The position numbers were made by a program, and so were the translations under genes. DNA of 64,000 nt from Desulfocapsa sp. GTDB taxonomy: Bacteria > Desulfobacterota > Desulfobulbia > Desulfobulbales > Desulfocapsaceae. The notes beneath the pieces are model-generated. The model was not told the origin of the DNA and did not search any database. It saw only the letters and a program-made list of their open reading frames with translations. The stretch is from positions 41 to 64,040 of the forward strand of contig JAOZLM010000001.1 in NCBI GenBank assembly GCA_029934815.1, written 5' to 3'. Of the stretch, positions 62,585-64,000 are shown piece by piece. How positions within the stretch are numbered: the first letter of the stretch is position 1; every line of letters begins with the position of its first letter.

Positions 62585-63976
62585 TCAGGTGGCTATTTTT
62601 TCTGAGAAATTCCTGCTAAAAATGATTTCTGCCTCTTGTAAAAGTGAGGCAGCAGTTTTCCCGCCATCAGTATTGGGGAAGTTGGCACCGAGTATTGCAG
62701 AGATGACTTCTTTGTAACTGACCTTCTCAGGCGGTGCACCGGGAAGGATGATACCATTCTTTGAGATCAGAATTATCTGGGCAGCGTTTAATTTGTGGAG
62801 GCAGGTAAAAATAAGTTCAGCAGGATAGGCCGCACATTGTTCAGGAAGATGCTTTTTCTTTAGCCTCTCTTTTTCGTCATAGGAATGAAAAACCAGTGTG
62901 AGGATATCATAAGCAGCACTGAGCATTTCCATGGGAGAGTTACTGAGTTTCTTTAATTGATAACTGTCTTCTCTTTGACAGGCAAATGCAATTTGTGCAC
63001 CCAAGAGAATAAAAACCCAGCCAAGAAACATCCATACAAGAAAAAGTGGCAAAGTAGCAAAAGAACCGTAGATAGCATTGTATTTGGACACGCCAATCTG
63101 CAAGCCAACATATAAATTCTGGGTGAGAAACCAGAGTGTACCTGCAACCGTGGCACCAATCAATGCCGGTTGGGTTTTTACCTTGGTATTCGGGAAAAAA
63201 ATATAAATAACAAAGAAGGTGAGAATGATAAAGAAGAGGGGAACGAAAAGCAACAGAGCAGTCTGTACCCAGGCACTCGGCAGGTAGGACATGATCTTGT
63301 TAAGCATCGTGTCATTTTTCAGGATAGTGTTGGTAAAAAAGCCGAGATTAATGGAGATGGGTAGAAGGATCATCAGTGTCAGGTAGTCAGTCACTTTCCT
63401 GATTATCGATCTTCCGGCATTCACATGCCAGATGGTATTCATGGACATCTCAATATTACTTAAGACCAGAATGGCACTTAAAAATACACCAAGAACACCG
63501 ATGGTTCCAAGAGCTGCAAAGTTTGTACGATCAACATAGTTGAAAATCTGTTCAGCCACAGAACGGAACTGACTTGTCACGGAACTTTCATTTGCCTCTG
63601 ATATCTCTTCGCCAGTGTCAGTTTTCTCAGTAAGCTTTTTTGGTAACGTACTAAATCCGGCAGTCGTAAGAGGAGTCGTTTGATCGATGGAATCAATATA
63701 ACTGTAAACAGCGGTTTGTAGCTGGTCACTGCCACCCATACCCTTTAGAACGGCAGTGCTCAAGGCAAGCATTGGAACCAGTGACAGTAAAATGGTGTAG
63801 GTGAGGGCACTGGCACGGATGTTTAGCTCGTTACTGGAAAATTCTTTGAAAGTGATTAGAAAAATTCGGAAAACACTATGGACTCTTTTAAGGAAGTCTG
63901 AGCCTTCAGGTAACGGAGTATTCGCCCAGTTCAGCAGACGAGTGATAAGGGATGGGCTAATTTGTTCTTCAGTCAT
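62585..63976 (-). CDS. YihY/BrkB-family membrane protein with C-terminal extension
   Basis: ASALTYTILLSLVP, MNTIW, YNAIYGSFATLPLFLVW. Confidence 0.92.
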   Translation of the reverse strand: MTEEQISPSLITRLLNWANTPLPEGSDFLKRVHSVFRIFLITFKEFSSNELNIRASALTYTILLSLVPMLALSTAVLKGMGGSDQLQTAVYSYIDSIDQTTPLTTAGFSTLPKKLTEKTDTGEEISEANESSVTSQFRSVAEQIFNYVDRTNFAALGTIGVLGVFLSAILVLSNIEMSMNTIWHVNAGRSIIRKVTDYLTLMILLPISINLGFFTNTILKNDTMLNKIMSYLPSAWVQTALLLFVPLFFIILTFFVIYIFFPNTKVKTQPALIGATVAGTLWFLTQNLYVGLQIGVSKYNAIYGSFATLPLFLVWMFLGWVFILLGAQIAFACQREDSYQLKKLSNSPMEMLSAAYDILTLVFHSYDEKERLKKKHLPEQCAAYPAELIFTCLHKLNAAQIILISKNGIILPGAPPEKVSYKEVISAILGANFPNTDGGKTAASLLQEAEIIFSRNFSEKIAT

Positions 63977-64000
63977 TAATCGATTGTTTTTGAATAAGTG

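Noticed and set aside
60196-64000. Integrated prophage or island at tRNA-Arg
   Set aside because: No integrase, phage genes or duplicated tRNA 3' end in the window.

Overview
Core chromosomal region of an anaerobic bacterium. The gene content and proteins suggest a sulfate/sulfur-metabolising deltaproteobacterium (Desulfobacterota, probably Desulfobulbales); this is inference, not a search result. 1-33.6 kb is the translation/transcription super-cluster: tRNA-Thr, tuf, rpmG, tRNA-Trp, secE, nusG, rplKAJL, rpoBC, the str operon with a second tuf, and the S10, spc and alpha operons. 33.9-48.6 kb holds a YkgJ-type gene, then rpsB-tsf-pyrH-frr-uppS-cdsA-dxr-rseP-tsaB-ispG-proS-rel, a Phd-like gene and an Smr gene. 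48.9-64 kb is mixed: FKBP, a small Lys/Cys-rich ORF, an Lpp-like lipoprotein, two nitroreductases, a compact ATP-dependent activator/dehydratase-like pair coupled to lptG and crcB, a RACo-type ATPase, a DHH phosphoesterase, two GlgC paralogues, tRNA-Arg, a VapBC-type module, reverse rubrerythrin and YihY. Most notable: (1) a long RelA/SpoT homologue with a degenerate hydrolase site followed by an orphan Phd-type antitoxin and a Zn-ribbon-Smr protein; (2) two families of long intergenic hairpin repeats, one MITE-like with 6-bp target duplications and one whose stems covary while its bulges are conserved; (3) a str-operon EF-G that has lost the translocation loops of domain IV; (4) clustered, reduced ATP-dependent electron-transfer genes.
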